64,000 nucleotides of DNA, from positions 4,445 through 68,444 of IMG/VR virus record IMGVR_UViG_3300037467_002149. The stretch is one strand, 5' to 3'. The DNA comes from a virus. Below, in pieces: positions 1 through 8,150 of this stretch; the stretch's first letter is position 1, and each line of letters opens with the position of its first letter. The position numbers were made by a program, and so were the translations under genes. The notes beneath the pieces were generated by a model, which was not told where the DNA came from, did not search any database, and saw nothing but the letters and a program-made list of their open reading frames with translations.

Positions 1-299
1 TGGGTGTCAGTCTGGAAGAGCGCGAGCGCTTGTTCCCACATGCACATGGCGGCTTCGCAGAGCGTCTCTTCGCGCTGCGTCATGGCCGGTGCCACGTTGC
101 GGATGTGGGGATAGTCGTCCTCGCAGCCGAGCACCTGGCCCGTAACGGCGTTCACGGCGACGTAATTGTCACCCGTGATGCTGAGCCATTGCTCGCAGCC
201 GGTAACATGGCGGTGACCATCGTATGCGTTGTCGTATGGCGCGAGGCTGGCCTCTTCACCTGTCGACCATTCGAGTGGCTTGCGCCAGTTAATCGACAT
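1..299 (-). CDS. Hypothetical early protein, truncated by the window edge
   Basis: Manual translation from ATG at 299 (MSINWRKPLEW...TLCEAAMCMWEQALALF) stays open to base 1. Not in the ORF track because it has no stop. Confidence 0.6.
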   Translation of the reverse strand, partial: MSINWRKPLEWSTGEEASLAPYDNAYDGHRHVTGCEQWLSITGDNYVAVNAVTGQVLGCEDDYPHIRNVAPAMTQREETLCEAAMCMWEQALALFQTDT

Positions 300-594
300 T
301 TTCGTCCTCCTCGACGTCGATGTCTTCCTCGACGAGCTCGAGGCCCTCGAGGTTGGACACACCGGTAATTGTCATGGCCGGCGAGAGGGCGGTGGTCTCG
401 TCATTCTCCCAGAGGCCGCGGAAGGGCGTGCCGTCGACGCAAATGTCATCGCCCACGGTCTGGTGGCGATCGGAGAACTCGATGAAGTCGTTGGGGAGGT
501 CGCTCGCGATGTTGCGGGCTTCCTCCTCGGACTCGGCCTTGATGTAGGCCGTGGCGGCAATCTGGATGTCGAGGCTATAGACGTTCACGGGCAT
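289..594 (-). CDS. Hypothetical early protein, acidic C-terminus
   Basis: Part of track ORF 289..678. Start moved to MPVNVY to fit tight tiling of the minus-strand early genes. Confidence 0.65.
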   Translation of the reverse strand: MPVNVYSLDIQIAATAYIKAESEEEARNIASDLPNDFIEFSDRHQTVGDDICVDGTPFRGLWENDETTALSPAMTITGVSNLEGLELVEEDIDVEEDENVD

Positions 595-904
595 TCTCCA
601 TCGCCATCGCTGCGAAGTGCAGCTGGTGGGCGAGCGGAAGGGTGGGGAAGAGCGCGTCCCAGTTGACCGATTGGTCAACGTAGGAGGGCTTGGCTGCGGG
701 CGGTGGCGGTGCGGGTTCGGCCGACATGACCATGAGATCCGTCGCGGTGTCGATCTCGCTGTAGAGCTCCTGGATGAATGACTTCAGGCCGTTGAGGTCG
801 GTCGGAACGTCGATCGTCTCGAAGTTTCTGTCCTGGGCCTTGGCGTCGTCCTTGCGGTGATGGAGGAAACGGTGCCCGTTCTCGCGGGCGACGTAGAACT
901 TCAT
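575..904 (-). CDS. Hypothetical early protein
   Basis: Track ORF 575..955, start MKFYVARENG overlapping the upstream stop. Confidence 0.65.
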   Translation of the reverse strand: MKFYVARENGHRFLHHRKDDAKAQDRNFETIDVPTDLNGLKSFIQELYSEIDTATDLMVMSAEPAPPPPAAKPSYVDQSVNWDALFPTLPLAHQLHFAAMAMENARERL

Positions 905-1170
905 CTCGGCGGCCAAAACTGAGTTTCCCCGACGTAGACGGCGTCTACTTCGCAACAGTCACCGTCGTAGAAGAGACCGAGCTTCTCGGCTTCCAGCGCT
1001 GACAGGTCACGGTGATCGTCTTGATCGGGCGTGCAGATCTCGAGGGTTTCCCAGAGCTTCACTTCACGGCCGTCTGGCAGGATGATGCCGGAGCCGGTGT
1101 CGTTGAGCTTGGTGCCGGTGGGTGCCATCAGGCGCCCGCGGATGGCGTAGTCGAAGATGGCGTCAGACAT
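901..1170 (-). CDS. Hypothetical early protein
   Basis: Track ORF 901..1332, start MSDAIFDY, tiles with neighbours. Confidence 0.65.
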   Translation of the reverse strand: MSDAIFDYAIRGRLMAPTGTKLNDTGSGIILPDGREVKLWETLEICTPDQDDHRDLSALEAEKLGLFYDGDCCEVDAVYVGETQFWPPR

Positions 1171-1408
1171 CGGGGATCTCCAGCTCGACTTCTTCCCAGG
1201 AGAAAGTGTCGAGGTCTCCACGGTGGAGCTCGATGAAGTCCCAAACGTCGCCGTCTGGGTGGTCTTCCTTGAAGAGCTCATATTCGGACTGGTTCTGGCC
1301 AACCTGTTCGACGAACCATGCGACGGCGTCATCGTCAGTCAGAACGGCGTGGGCGGTCGTGCCGGCGTCGGTGTCGGACGCTAGCGCTTGGACGCGGATC
1401 TTTGGCAT
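1163..1408 (-). CDS. Hypothetical early protein
   Basis: Track ORF 1163..1456, start MPKIRVQ. Confidence 0.65.
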   Translation of the reverse strand: MPKIRVQALASDTDAGTTAHAVLTDDDAVAWFVEQVGQNQSEYELFKEDHPDGDVWDFIELHRGDLDTFSWEEVELEIPDV

Positions 1409-1587
1409 TTGATTGCTCCAGCAAGCCGCGCCCAGTCGTCGGCGCTGTTCAGCCACGGGTGCAGCAGCAGGGCGACGATCATGTTGCGGGTTGGGATTGA
1501 AGGGGAGAGATTGTCGGCGTAGCGCTGGATCTCAGCGTCGGTGGCACCAGCCGCGAGTGCACGCTCGCGGGCCTGGGCGTAGTTCAT
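1381..1587 (-). CDS. Hypothetical early protein
   Basis: Track ORF 1381..1722, start MNYAQARER overlapping the WYL gene stop. Confidence 0.6.
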   Translation of the reverse strand: MNYAQARERALAAGATDAEIQRYADNLSPSIPTRNMIVALLLHPWLNSADDWARLAGAIKCQRSASKR

Positions 1588-1886
1588 GCGAAGACGGCGT
1601 CGACCTGAGCCACCAGCGAGGGCAGCTGCTTGTCGCCGAGCGCGTAGCCGGGTCTGGCGTACTCGAAGGTCAGCGGGAGGACCGTGAGGTCTTCGCACTT
1701 CTCGAGGGTGAAGAGCTTCCACCCAAGCTCGCGATGCGTGCCGCCGGCCGGCTGATACCCGCGGAGGCTGAGCTTCCCCTTGGCGGTGTAGCCGAGGGCA
1801 TGGGGTTCGACGAGGCGATTTTCGCCGTCGTATCTGAAGCTCAAAAGGTTCTTGGCGAAGATCGCCTGTTTGATTTGGTCAAACAT
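1584..1886 (-). CDS. Stand-alone WYL-domain protein (100 aa)
   Basis: IKQAI...LSFRYDG..RLVEPHALGY...LSLRGYQ...GWKLFTLEK matches the WYL pattern (I.F.Y...R.VEP..L...WYL..Y...R.FRLDR). No HTH present. Confidence 0.75.
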   Translation of the reverse strand: MFDQIKQAIFAKNLLSFRYDGENRLVEPHALGYTAKGKLSLRGYQPAGGTHRELGWKLFTLEKCEDLTVLPLTFEYARPGYALGDKQLPSLVAQVDAVFA

Positions 1887-2217
1887 TGGCTGCAACGCTC
1901 CGTAGGATGTCGACGAGGCGTTCGGTTTTGGGATGCCAATCGTTGGCCATCCAGATTGGCTCGACGGGGAGTCCAAGCTCGTTGAGCCTGGTGTAAACAG
2001 GCTGGGTGTCCTGGCTCGCTTCGTCGTAGCCGACACCCAGCTCCTTTGCGATGCGACCGACCGCGCACCAGCAGATAGCGTTCGGCGATGTCGGACTGAC
2101 AGGTTCACCCACCTTGTTGCGAGCGAGTCTCGAGGTTGTGCGGGCAGTGGGATTGGCGACAAAGAAGTCGGCGGCGCGGAGGACCGCGGCGCGGGTTTCG
2201 TCAGTGAGTACGGACAT
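1879..2217 (-). CDS. Hypothetical protein, CxCxxG paralogue family
   Basis: Track ORF containing AICWCAVGRIA. Confidence 0.65.
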   Translation of the reverse strand: MSVLTDETRAAVLRAADFFVANPTARTTSRLARNKVGEPVSPTSPNAICWCAVGRIAKELGVGYDEASQDTQPVYTRLNELGLPVEPIWMANDWHPKTERLVDILRSVAANV

Positions 2218-2413
2218 GGTTGATTGTCACTCCTGGCATGAGGGTGAACAGGCACCCCATGGCGTTGACGGCGTAGCCGTTGGCGAGTGCGACCTGATGG
2301 ACATCGAGCCAGTTGGTTGAGGAGTAGACGGGCTCTCCGAGGAACATCAGGATGTATTTCATGTGCGGAGGCATGCCGCCCGCGGCGGCGAAGTGGGAGT
2401 GGTTGTGGAGCAT
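2201..2413 (-). CDS. Hypothetical early protein
   Basis: Track ORF tiling with neighbours; start uncertain. Confidence 0.55.
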   Translation of the reverse strand: MLHNHSHFAAAGGMPPHMKYILMFLGEPVYSSTNWLDVHQVALANGYAVNAMGCLFTLMPGVTINHVRTH

Positions 2414-2426
2414 GTGACTAGGTCAG
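2414..2426. promoter_or_regulatory. GTGAC-N3-GTCAC-type operator (one mismatch)
   Basis: GTGACTAGGTCAG at a gene junction. Confidence 0.6.
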
Positions 2427-2639
2427 TTCCACGAACACGATCTGGTCTATCGGCAGATACGCGGGTGGGTGATCATCCTTTTCGGCGCGCACGACGTAGT
2501 CGTAGAACTGCGAGATGTTCACGAACTCGTAGTCACGAAGGACGTGGCCACCCTTGAGGTAGAAGTTGAGCCGAAAGTTGGAGTGCTCCAGGTGCTCCTT
2601 GATGTCATTCAAGCTGAGCTGGAGTTGGCTGGGGGTCAT
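2418..2639 (-). CDS. Hypothetical early protein
   Basis: Track ORF; its stop lies inside a GTGAC-N3-GTCAG site. Confidence 0.6.
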   Translation of the reverse strand: MTPSQLQLSLNDIKEHLEHSNFRLNFYLKGGHVLRDYEFVNISQFYDYVVRAEKDDHPPAYLPIDQIVFVELT

Positions 2640-2902
2640 CTGAATGTTCCATTCTTGATCTCAAGCTCGATCTTGTCGGCGATGCGACGAAGGAAGGCTG
2701 GCGCAAAAGTGCCGCCAAGGCGGTGTTGCATCCAGCGCGCGCATTCTTCGACTATGACCGAGGGGTGATCGTCAGAGGCCCAGGTTCGGCCTATGACCTC
2801 ACCGCGGATGTTATGTGAGGAGTCGAGCGGTTTAGTCCGGGTAGTTGGAACGGTGGGCGTCTGCACGGGCGTCGTCCTCCTTCTCGTACCAGCGGTCGAC
2901 AA
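2636..2902 (-). CDS. Hypothetical early protein
   Basis: Track ORF; true start probably downstream of 2902. Confidence 0.5.
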   Translation of the reverse strand: MSTAGTRRRTTPVQTPTVPTTRTKPLDSSHNIRGEVIGRTWASDDHPSVIVEECARWMQHRLGGTFAPAFLRRIADKIELEIKNGTFR

Positions 2903-3014
2903 ACAGGACGTTGCGCTGCCAGTTGCCTTCGAAGGCTTGGCCGTGGCGAACGACGGCGAAGCATTTGCTGTCGCGGGCGCCGACCTCGCGGATGACGAAG
3001 TATTCGGGGTGCAT
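2832..3014 (-). CDS. Hypothetical early protein
   Basis: 60-aa track ORF tiling below 3017. Confidence 0.55.
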   Translation of the reverse strand: MHPEYFVIREVGARDSKCFAVVRHGQAFEGNWQRNVLFVDRWYEKEDDARADAHRSNYPD

Positions 3015-3016
3015 TG

Positions 3017-3337
3017 TCAGAGCTCCTCGAACGGCATCGTCGAGAGATCCTCGAGGATGAAGTTGAGGTGGGCCAATGCGAAGTCATCCTGGCGGGCGCG
3101 GATCAGGCTCTTGGCCTTCTCGAGATCGATGTAGCGGCGCGGTAAGATGAGGTTCCGCTTGCTGTCGCTCATCGGATAAACTTCGCCGGTCTCGCGATAG
3201 GCTTCGATCGCTTCGACGCCGTCAGGGGTGGTGACGAGACCGATGATTGGGGTGAAGCTCCTCTTCGCATCGGTGGCGATGATGCGGACTGGGCGGTCGT
3301 AGCCGTCGCGGTAGATGCGGCCGAGTTCGATGGTCAT
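3017..3337 (-). CDS. Hypothetical phage protein
   Basis: YRDGYDRPVRIIATD...PIIGLV resembles a recurrent small phage protein motif. Confidence 0.65.
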   Translation of the reverse strand: MTIELGRIYRDGYDRPVRIIATDAKRSFTPIIGLVTTPDGVEAIEAYRETGEVYPMSDSKRNLILPRRYIDLEKAKSLIRARQDDFALAHLNFILEDLSTMPFEEL

Positions 3338-3498
3338 GGTCTCCCATGCTCCTGGAACATGTCGTGGAGAGTGCGAACTTTCTCGCCGCGGGCGTGCATC
3401 TCGCGGAGGCGCGGGGCGGTTTGTTCGTCGAGACGCTTCTGCGCGTCAGGCGGGATTGGTTTGCAGTAGCCCATCGAGGCGCTCCCGGAGGATGGGGT

Positions 3499-3714
3499 TC
3501 ACGGGATCACCTTTGCGAGCCACTGTCCGATACGCGCGGGAAGCGTCGCGATCAGGTAAGGGATCACGACGACCGCAAGGGCGGGCCACAAGATGGCACC
3601 CCAGATGATCGGCTCCTGTTCCTGCCAGGTGCACCAGCACCCGCGTTCGTGGTCCCAGCCAGCGTAGGCGAGGCCGATCACCAAACCGGTGAGATAGGTG
3701 ATGGAGTAGGTCAC
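3499..3714 (-). CDS. Small membrane protein, two hydrophobic segments
   Basis: ITYLTGLVIGLAYA and IIWGAILWPALAVVVIPYLIA. Confidence 0.65.
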   Translation of the reverse strand: MTYSITYLTGLVIGLAYAGWDHERGCWCTWQEQEPIIWGAILWPALAVVVIPYLIATLPARIGQWLAKVIP

Positions 3715-4040
3715 CAGTTGATGTCCGAGCTGAGCAGTTCGCGGTTAAACGACGGCGACACCTGGCCGGCGTCGATCGCGAGCATGCGGGCAACAGCACG
3801 GTCGAGGAAACGACCGGTGTTGGTGATGAAGCCCTCGATGTCGGCGGGGTTGGAGTCGTATGGGTTCGCGTCACCGAGCCATTTGCGGACCTCGGCGTGC
3901 GACTTGAACCCGCCGCTGTGGGTCTCGCCGTTGCGCTTGATCGCGGCGGCGACGAGGCGTTCAGTGTTGTTCGGCCAGACGCGCTTCTCGAGGCGGTTGA
4001 CCTTGAAGCGACGGCTCAGGTTGTCGGTGTAGGCGCCCAT
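3711..4040 (-). CDS. Hypothetical phage protein
   Basis: EGFITNTGRFLDRAVARMLAIDAGQ resembles a widespread phage hypothetical motif. Confidence 0.7.
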   Translation of the reverse strand: MGAYTDNLSRRFKVNRLEKRVWPNNTERLVAAAIKRNGETHSGGFKSHAEVRKWLGDANPYDSNPADIEGFITNTGRFLDRAVARMLAIDAGQVSPSFNRELLSSDINW

Positions 4041-4399
4041 CAGAGGAGCCCCCTCTCGGCGAAGAGGCGGCGCTCTTTCTCGATTACCTCATCGAGCGTG
4101 AGCTCTTGGTCGTCGTTGATGCCATAAACGCGGGTGTCGAAGCGGGGTCCGCCGATGGCTTGGAGCTCGGAGTAGCCGGGTTCATACGGACAACTCGGGT
4201 CGAAGTTCGCAGCGTGGGGCAACGGACCCAACTCGAATGCAAGCCGGCCGCCGAAGCAGAAGCAGGTGGCTTCAGGTTCGAAGGGATTGCCCATGTCGGA
4301 CATGCTTTCGACGATCCGCTTGTCGGGGTTCTCGAGGAACCAGGCGACAGTGCGTTCGAACGCGGCGCGGATCTCGTCGAGTGAGTAGGGGTTCGTCAT
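4040..4399 (-). CDS. Hypothetical protein, CxCxxG paralogue family
   Basis: Contains ATCFCFGGRLA. Confidence 0.65.
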   Translation of the reverse strand: MTNPYSLDEIRAAFERTVAWFLENPDKRIVESMSDMGNPFEPEATCFCFGGRLAFELGPLPHAANFDPSCPYEPGYSELQAIGGPRFDTRVYGINDDQELTLDEVIEKERRLFAERGLL

Positions 4400-4713
4400 A
4401 GCGTGACATACCTCGAGGCGATCTGCTCGACCTCATCCCAGGAACCCGCGTCGAACGCGGCCTGCATGGCGATGGCGTCGTGCTCTTGGCTCTTGTTCGG
4501 GAACGAGACGAACCGGTTTTGGAGGAGCGTGCCGATTGCGGAGTCGGGGAGATCCGGGTGCGTCAAGTCGGTGTTGTCCAGCGTTTCGCGCTGTTCCTCG
4601 GGCACGATCGTGCCGAGGATGCAGGGCGCGCGGTAACGGCAAAAATCACCGCAGTGAGGCTTAGCCTCGGCGAGGTGGGTGGCGGTGAGGTTGTTGAGGT
4701 CAAGCTGCAACAT
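4396..4713 (-). CDS. Hypothetical Cys-containing early protein
   Basis: Contains CRYRAPCILG; tiles with neighbours. Confidence 0.65.
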   Translation of the reverse strand: MLQLDLNNLTATHLAEAKPHCGDFCRYRAPCILGTIVPEEQRETLDNTDLTHPDLPDSAIGTLLQNRFVSFPNKSQEHDAIAMQAAFDAGSWDEVEQIASRYVTL

Positions 4714-4830
4714 CGAGTTGAGACTCCTTGGGCTGAACCGGGTGGGTGAAAGTGCGGTGGCCGCGCTTGAGCTCGAGGATGCGAGCGGGGCGTGCGGTGG
4801 GCATGAGGTCGAGGTAGGTGCGGTGGCCCT

Positions 4831-5166
4831 TCATGCCGCGATCGCCTGGTCGAGCAGGGCGATCACTTCCTCATGATCGTGTTCGTCGTTGAACTCGGCG
4901 ACGGAACATCCATCGAGGATCTTGCGAAGATGTCGGCGAGCTGCCGTGGCCTCGGGTGTGCCTTCGGCGAAGCTGATAGCGTCGTCGTCGTACTCGAACA
5001 CACCAATCTTCTGGTGCTTCTCGAGCACGGCGCGATTGATCGCGCCCAAGGTGCAAAAGCACCTGGTGTCAGGGTGAGGGAGGGGGCCGTCGAAGCTGTA
5101 GACCTCCTGGCACCAGTTGGCTGGATCGGCGATCAATTCGCGGGCACGGATAAGGATTTCACGCAT
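4831..5166 (-). CDS. Hypothetical protein, DUF6197-like CxCxxG family
   Basis: ARELIADPANWCQ...CFCTLGAINRA...FNDEHDHEEVIALLDQAI. Confidence 0.65.
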   Translation of the reverse strand: MREILIRARELIADPANWCQEVYSFDGPLPHPDTRCFCTLGAINRAVLEKHQKIGVFEYDDDAISFAEGTPEATAARRHLRKILDGCSVAEFNDEHDHEEVIALLDQAIAA

Positions 5167-5353
5167 TGATTGGGTCTCCGAATGCGAGACGAACGAGGCG
5201 GTGGGCCTCGGTTTCGTCAGGTTCACGGGCGTCGGCGAGGGCGCCGAGCACGCTGTGGGTTTCGGCGGCGAGGATTGGCTGGCCTTGTTTGCGGAAGGTG
5301 CGCTCAGCTCGTTTGAGGTTGAGGGCGAGGTAGGGGTTGATCATCGGGCGCAC
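5159..5353 (-). CDS. Hypothetical early protein
   Basis: Track ORF tiling with neighbours. Confidence 0.55.
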   Translation of the reverse strand: MRPMINPYLALNLKRAERTFRKQGQPILAAETHSVLGALADAREPDETEAHRLVRLAFGDPINA

Positions 5354-5625
5354 TCCGTGAGCACGGCGTGGATCTCACGGATTTCGCCGATCGAGACGGG
5401 GATCATGCGATCGTCGGGATCGCGAGAACCTTTGCCCTGCTCGATCTGGTCGATGATGCCGCGCTTGATCCCCGTTTGAGGGTGGATCAGCGCGGCGATG
5501 CGGGTCTGGAGGTCAGGCACGACGCTGCCGGCGCGCAATCTCGCGCTGATGCTCGTGGGGCTCACCGGTGTGGCGGTTGATCTTGGCGATCGAGCCCCAA
5601 GCAGGGGTGTGGCGACGGACGCCAC
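5341..5625 (-). CDS. Hypothetical early protein (start likely near 5516)
   Basis: Track ORF; the N-terminal part overlaps the next gene and is probably not translated. Confidence 0.45.
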   Translation of the reverse strand: MASVATPLLGARSPRSTATPVSPTSISARLRAGSVVPDLQTRIAALIHPQTGIKRGIIDQIEQGKGSRDPDDRMIPVSIGEIREIHAVLTECAR

Positions 5626-5683
5626 GGTAGTTAGGGATGTAGTCGGACACGCCGAGGGCAGCGGCGAGGGCGAGAGCTTTCAT
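5513..5683 (-). CDS. Small basic hypothetical protein
   Basis: C-terminal part of track ORF 5513..5995, start MKALALAAALG overlapping the upstream stop. Confidence 0.55.
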   Translation of the reverse strand: MKALALAAALGVSDYIPNYRGVRRHTPAWGSIAKINRHTGEPHEHQREIARRQRRA

Positions 5684-6093
5684 AATCTGGTTCCTGTCAA
5701 AGGGTCGAAGTTGTTGGTGTTGCGCCAACGGCAGACGCGCTCGCGTTTGATGCCGAGCTGTTTGGCGATCTTGGCGTCGGTTTCGGGTGCGGCTTGCAGC
5801 CAGAGTTGGGCGTAGAGCGGGATCGCGCCCCGGTAGTTGAACGGGGTGAGCTCGAGCATTTTGAGGGCGTCGTCCTCGGTGATGCTCGCGGCATTGTCCT
5901 TGGCTTTGGCGTGGTCCTCGGGCGTAGCGCACGCGATCATTCTGCGGAGCGCGGCCTTGCGGATGGCGCCCATGCGGGTGACGTTGACGATCCACTCGAA
6001 GGGCATGCCTGGCGTGAGCGCGAGGATCAGAACTTGAAGTTCATGTCCTTCCCAGCTCGGGCGAGCCTCGAGAACGAAGTTGCCGTGTTTCAT
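5680..6093 (-). CDS. Protein with C-terminal helix-turn-helix
   Basis: Start MKHGNF; TDAKIAKQLGIKRERVCRWR is an HTH pattern. Confidence 0.6.
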   Translation of the reverse strand: MKHGNFVLEARPSWEGHELQVLILALTPGMPFEWIVNVTRMGAIRKAALRRMIACATPEDHAKAKDNAASITEDDALKMLELTPFNYRGAIPLYAQLWLQAAPETDAKIAKQLGIKRERVCRWRNTNNFDPLTGTRL

Positions 6094-6293
6094 AGGGCGA
6101 AGATGAACTCGCAGCGCTCGCCCATGTGGAGGATGCGGACGGGGACGTTCATCCGAGCGAGGACGTAGTCCTTGGCGTCCGACATCGTCTCCGCGATGAT
6201 GCGGAAACTGCGGCCGGCACGGGTCTTGAAGACGACATCGGGACCGTCGGTGAAGACGGCGAAGATCTCGTCGATGGTGCGGGTCCAGTCCAT
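6090..6293 (-). CDS. Hypothetical early protein
   Basis: Track ORF with start/stop overlaps on both sides. Confidence 0.6.
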   Translation of the reverse strand: MDWTRTIDEIFAVFTDGPDVVFKTRAGRSFRIIAETMSDAKDYVLARMNVPVRILHMGERCEFIFAL

Positions 6294-6550
6294 TAGCGGA
6301 GCGCCAGATTGATGATCGGCCGGTTGATCTTGAGGACCATGGCCTTGGACCGACCGAGGGCACGGACGAGCGCCTGGGTGGTCAACACGGGATAGCGCGC
6401 GGCCTCGAGCACATCATACATCTGGTTCGCGAAGCGCGCGAAGTCGTCCCGATCGCCGCGGCGGCCGGCGCGGAGCGCCTGCTTGGCGTGCCAGTCGGCG
6501 AGGTTCGTGGCCTGGTCGATGGTGAGGCTGGGGATGAGTGTCGTGTTCAT
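6293..6550 (-). CDS. Hypothetical early protein
   Basis: Track ORF 6293..6586, start MNTTLIP after a GGGAG SD-like element. Confidence 0.6.
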   Translation of the reverse strand: MNTTLIPSLTIDQATNLADWHAKQALRAGRRGDRDDFARFANQMYDVLEAARYPVLTTQALVRALGRSKAMVLKINRPIINLALR

Positions 6551-6681
6551 GGCAAAGTTCTCCCGTCCCTGGATTTTCAGATCCAAGGTCCATTCGGTGA
6601 TTGAAGAAGAGGGACTGTCCGGTCCCCGTCGGTGACGCCTTGATATTCAGATCAGCCCACGGGCGTCATTCGTGGACGGAG

Positions 6682-6698
6682 AAGTGACTAGGTCACTT
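6682..6698. promoter_or_regulatory. Palindromic operator
   Basis: AAGTGACTAGGTCACTT. Confidence 0.75.
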
Positions 6699-6863
6699 GC
6701 CTTCGTGTTCGAGGCGCGCGGCCTCGTTGAGCCACCAGTCGCGCTCGCGGATCAGGAAGGCGAAGGCGGGGTCGTGGACACCGCAGTCGCGGGCAAGGCG
6801 CTCCTCGTGGAGGGCCATATCCAAGCACTCGGCTGAACTGTGTTCCGGACGGTAGCGGTTCAT
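6693..6863 (-). CDS. 56-aa hypothetical protein below the track cut-off
   Basis: Manual translation MNRYRPEHSS...EAARLEHEGK*. Its TGA is part of the palindrome at 6682. Confidence 0.55.
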   Translation of the reverse strand: MNRYRPEHSSAECLDMALHEERLARDCGVHDPAFAFLIRERDWWLNEAARLEHEGK

Positions 6864-7054
6864 GGGCGGGGCCTCCTGACGGACACCAGGGCGCTTGAAA
6901 GGCCGAGCAGGACCATCGAGGCGATGGTGAGCCAGCAGAAGGTCACGCCACCCGGATCGGCGTGAGCAGGCGGGTTGAAGTGGGTCGCGGCGTAGACTCC
7001 GGTTGAGAGGAGGATCGCGCCCATGGTCGCGGCGGCGAGATCTACGCGCATCAC
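6860..7054 (-). CDS. Small membrane protein
   Basis: Two hydrophobic stretches. Confidence 0.55.
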   Translation of the reverse strand: MMRVDLAAATMGAILLSTGVYAATHFNPPAHADPGGVTFCWLTIASMVLLGLSSALVSVRRPRP

Positions 7055-7183
7055 CGGATGCTCAGAGTGCCGGCAATCCGGCGGGTTGCGGGGGCGATTG
7101 TGCGGGGCTCGACCTTGGTGCGGACCTCGACGATGCAGCGGTTGGTGAAGCGAATTTTCGTCATTGGCTTTCTCCTAGGCATG

Positions 7184-7215
7184 AAAAAGCCCGCGCCGTG
7201 GATCACGGCGCGGGC
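7184..7215 (-). terminator. Intrinsic terminator, minus strand
   Basis: 12-bp stem GCCCGCGCCGTG/CACGGCGCGGGC, 3-nt loop, followed by TTTTT on the minus strand. Confidence 0.75.
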
Positions 7216-7247
7216 GGGGCACTCGGCACTTAGGCAAATTTTTTGGA

Positions 7248-7262
7248 CTGACTAAGTCACTT
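7248..7262. promoter_or_regulatory. Palindromic operator (one mismatch)
   Basis: CTGACTAAGTCACTT, preceded by AATTTTTTG. Confidence 0.65.
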
Positions 7263-7282
7263 GTCGGCGGCGAACTAAGTGA

Positions 7283-7562
7283 ACTCGCTTCTTAAGCGAA
7301 TTTTTTGAAGTGACTTAGTCACTATATACTACTATTTTTATTTTTATTATTATTAAAGGCGGATGAATTAAATAAGAGACCTTAGAGGAATACTTTCGGT
7401 GTAACCTTTGGGTTACAGTTCGGACTGTCCACAAACGGACACCGACAAATTGTCCGGAAATGGACACCAACGGTTGGCAAATCCCACCAATCAGCGGCCC
7501 AAAAGACCACAACTGGCCCCAAGTGACCTAGTCACTTCAAAAAATTTGCTAAAGAAGCGAGT
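7283..7562. repeat. 41-bp inverted repeat pair (7283-7323, 7522-7562) flanking an AT-rich core
   Basis: ACTCGCTTCTTAAGCGAATTTTTTGAAGTGACTTAGTCACT versus the reverse complement of 7522-7562: 37/41 identical by manual alignment. Confidence 0.9.
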
Positions 7563-8041
7563 CGCTCCTCAATCGCATCCCGCGCAGCCTCAAGCCGGCG
7601 GATTTCGGCGAGACGCGCGGCCTCGCTCGCAGCGTAAGCGGCTTCCCCGGCCTCCAGTCTCGCTGAGACTTGATCTCTTTGGGCGCGCCGCAAGGCCAGC
7701 TGTTCCGACGTCAACGGCTTGAGCTCGGTCAGCGCGGGAGCCTTGACCACGGCGTCGTCGGGTTTCGCAATGACTGGCGTGACGGTCCGCGAGCCCCCGA
7801 TCCGGGACAGCGCGAGGGCCACGAAATCGCGACGGCGCTTGCGGGGATCGACGGACCTGTCCAACACCGGTTTTGGGAAATTTCCCAAATCCGCGCCGCG
7901 CTTGGGGTTGCGGTTCTGCCGCGCCTCCTTGCGCGACGGCGCCGAGAACTCTTGGCGCTCCCGTTCCGAAACCCAGGGATTGCCCATGCGCTCGAATTGC
8001 GCGGCATTGCTGTCATAGCCTTGGACGTGGGCGCGGGACAT
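7532..8041 (-). CDS. Hypothetical protein with C-terminal coiled coil
   Basis: Track ORF 7532..8065, start MSRAHVQ after AGGAGA. Confidence 0.6.
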   Translation of the reverse strand: MSRAHVQGYDSNAAQFERMGNPWVSERERQEFSAPSRKEARQNRNPKRGADLGNFPKPVLDRSVDPRKRRRDFVALALSRIGGSRTVTPVIAKPDDAVVKAPALTELKPLTSEQLALRRAQRDQVSARLEAGEAAYAASEAARLAEIRRLEAARDAIEERLASLANFLK

Positions 8042-8112
8042 CAGGCAGTCTCCTACTGGGCTCATGTGAGGGGCGCGCGGGAACGGGGAGGGAAGCGCGC
8101 GCCCCTCGCAAG

Positions 8113-8144
8113 AGCCCAGTTTGGGAAATTTCCCAAACTGGGCT
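8113..8144. repeat. 32-bp perfect palindrome AGCCCAGTTTGGGAAATTTCCCAAACTGGGCT
   Basis: Read directly. The core TTGGGAAATTTCCCAA recurs at 7873-7888 and 8820-8835. Confidence 0.9.
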
Positions 8145-8150
8145 TAGGAA

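Noticed and set aside
8113-8144. Protelomerase (telRL) site of a linear plasmid prophage
   Set aside because: No protelomerase or partition genes recognised, and an integrase with attP is present.
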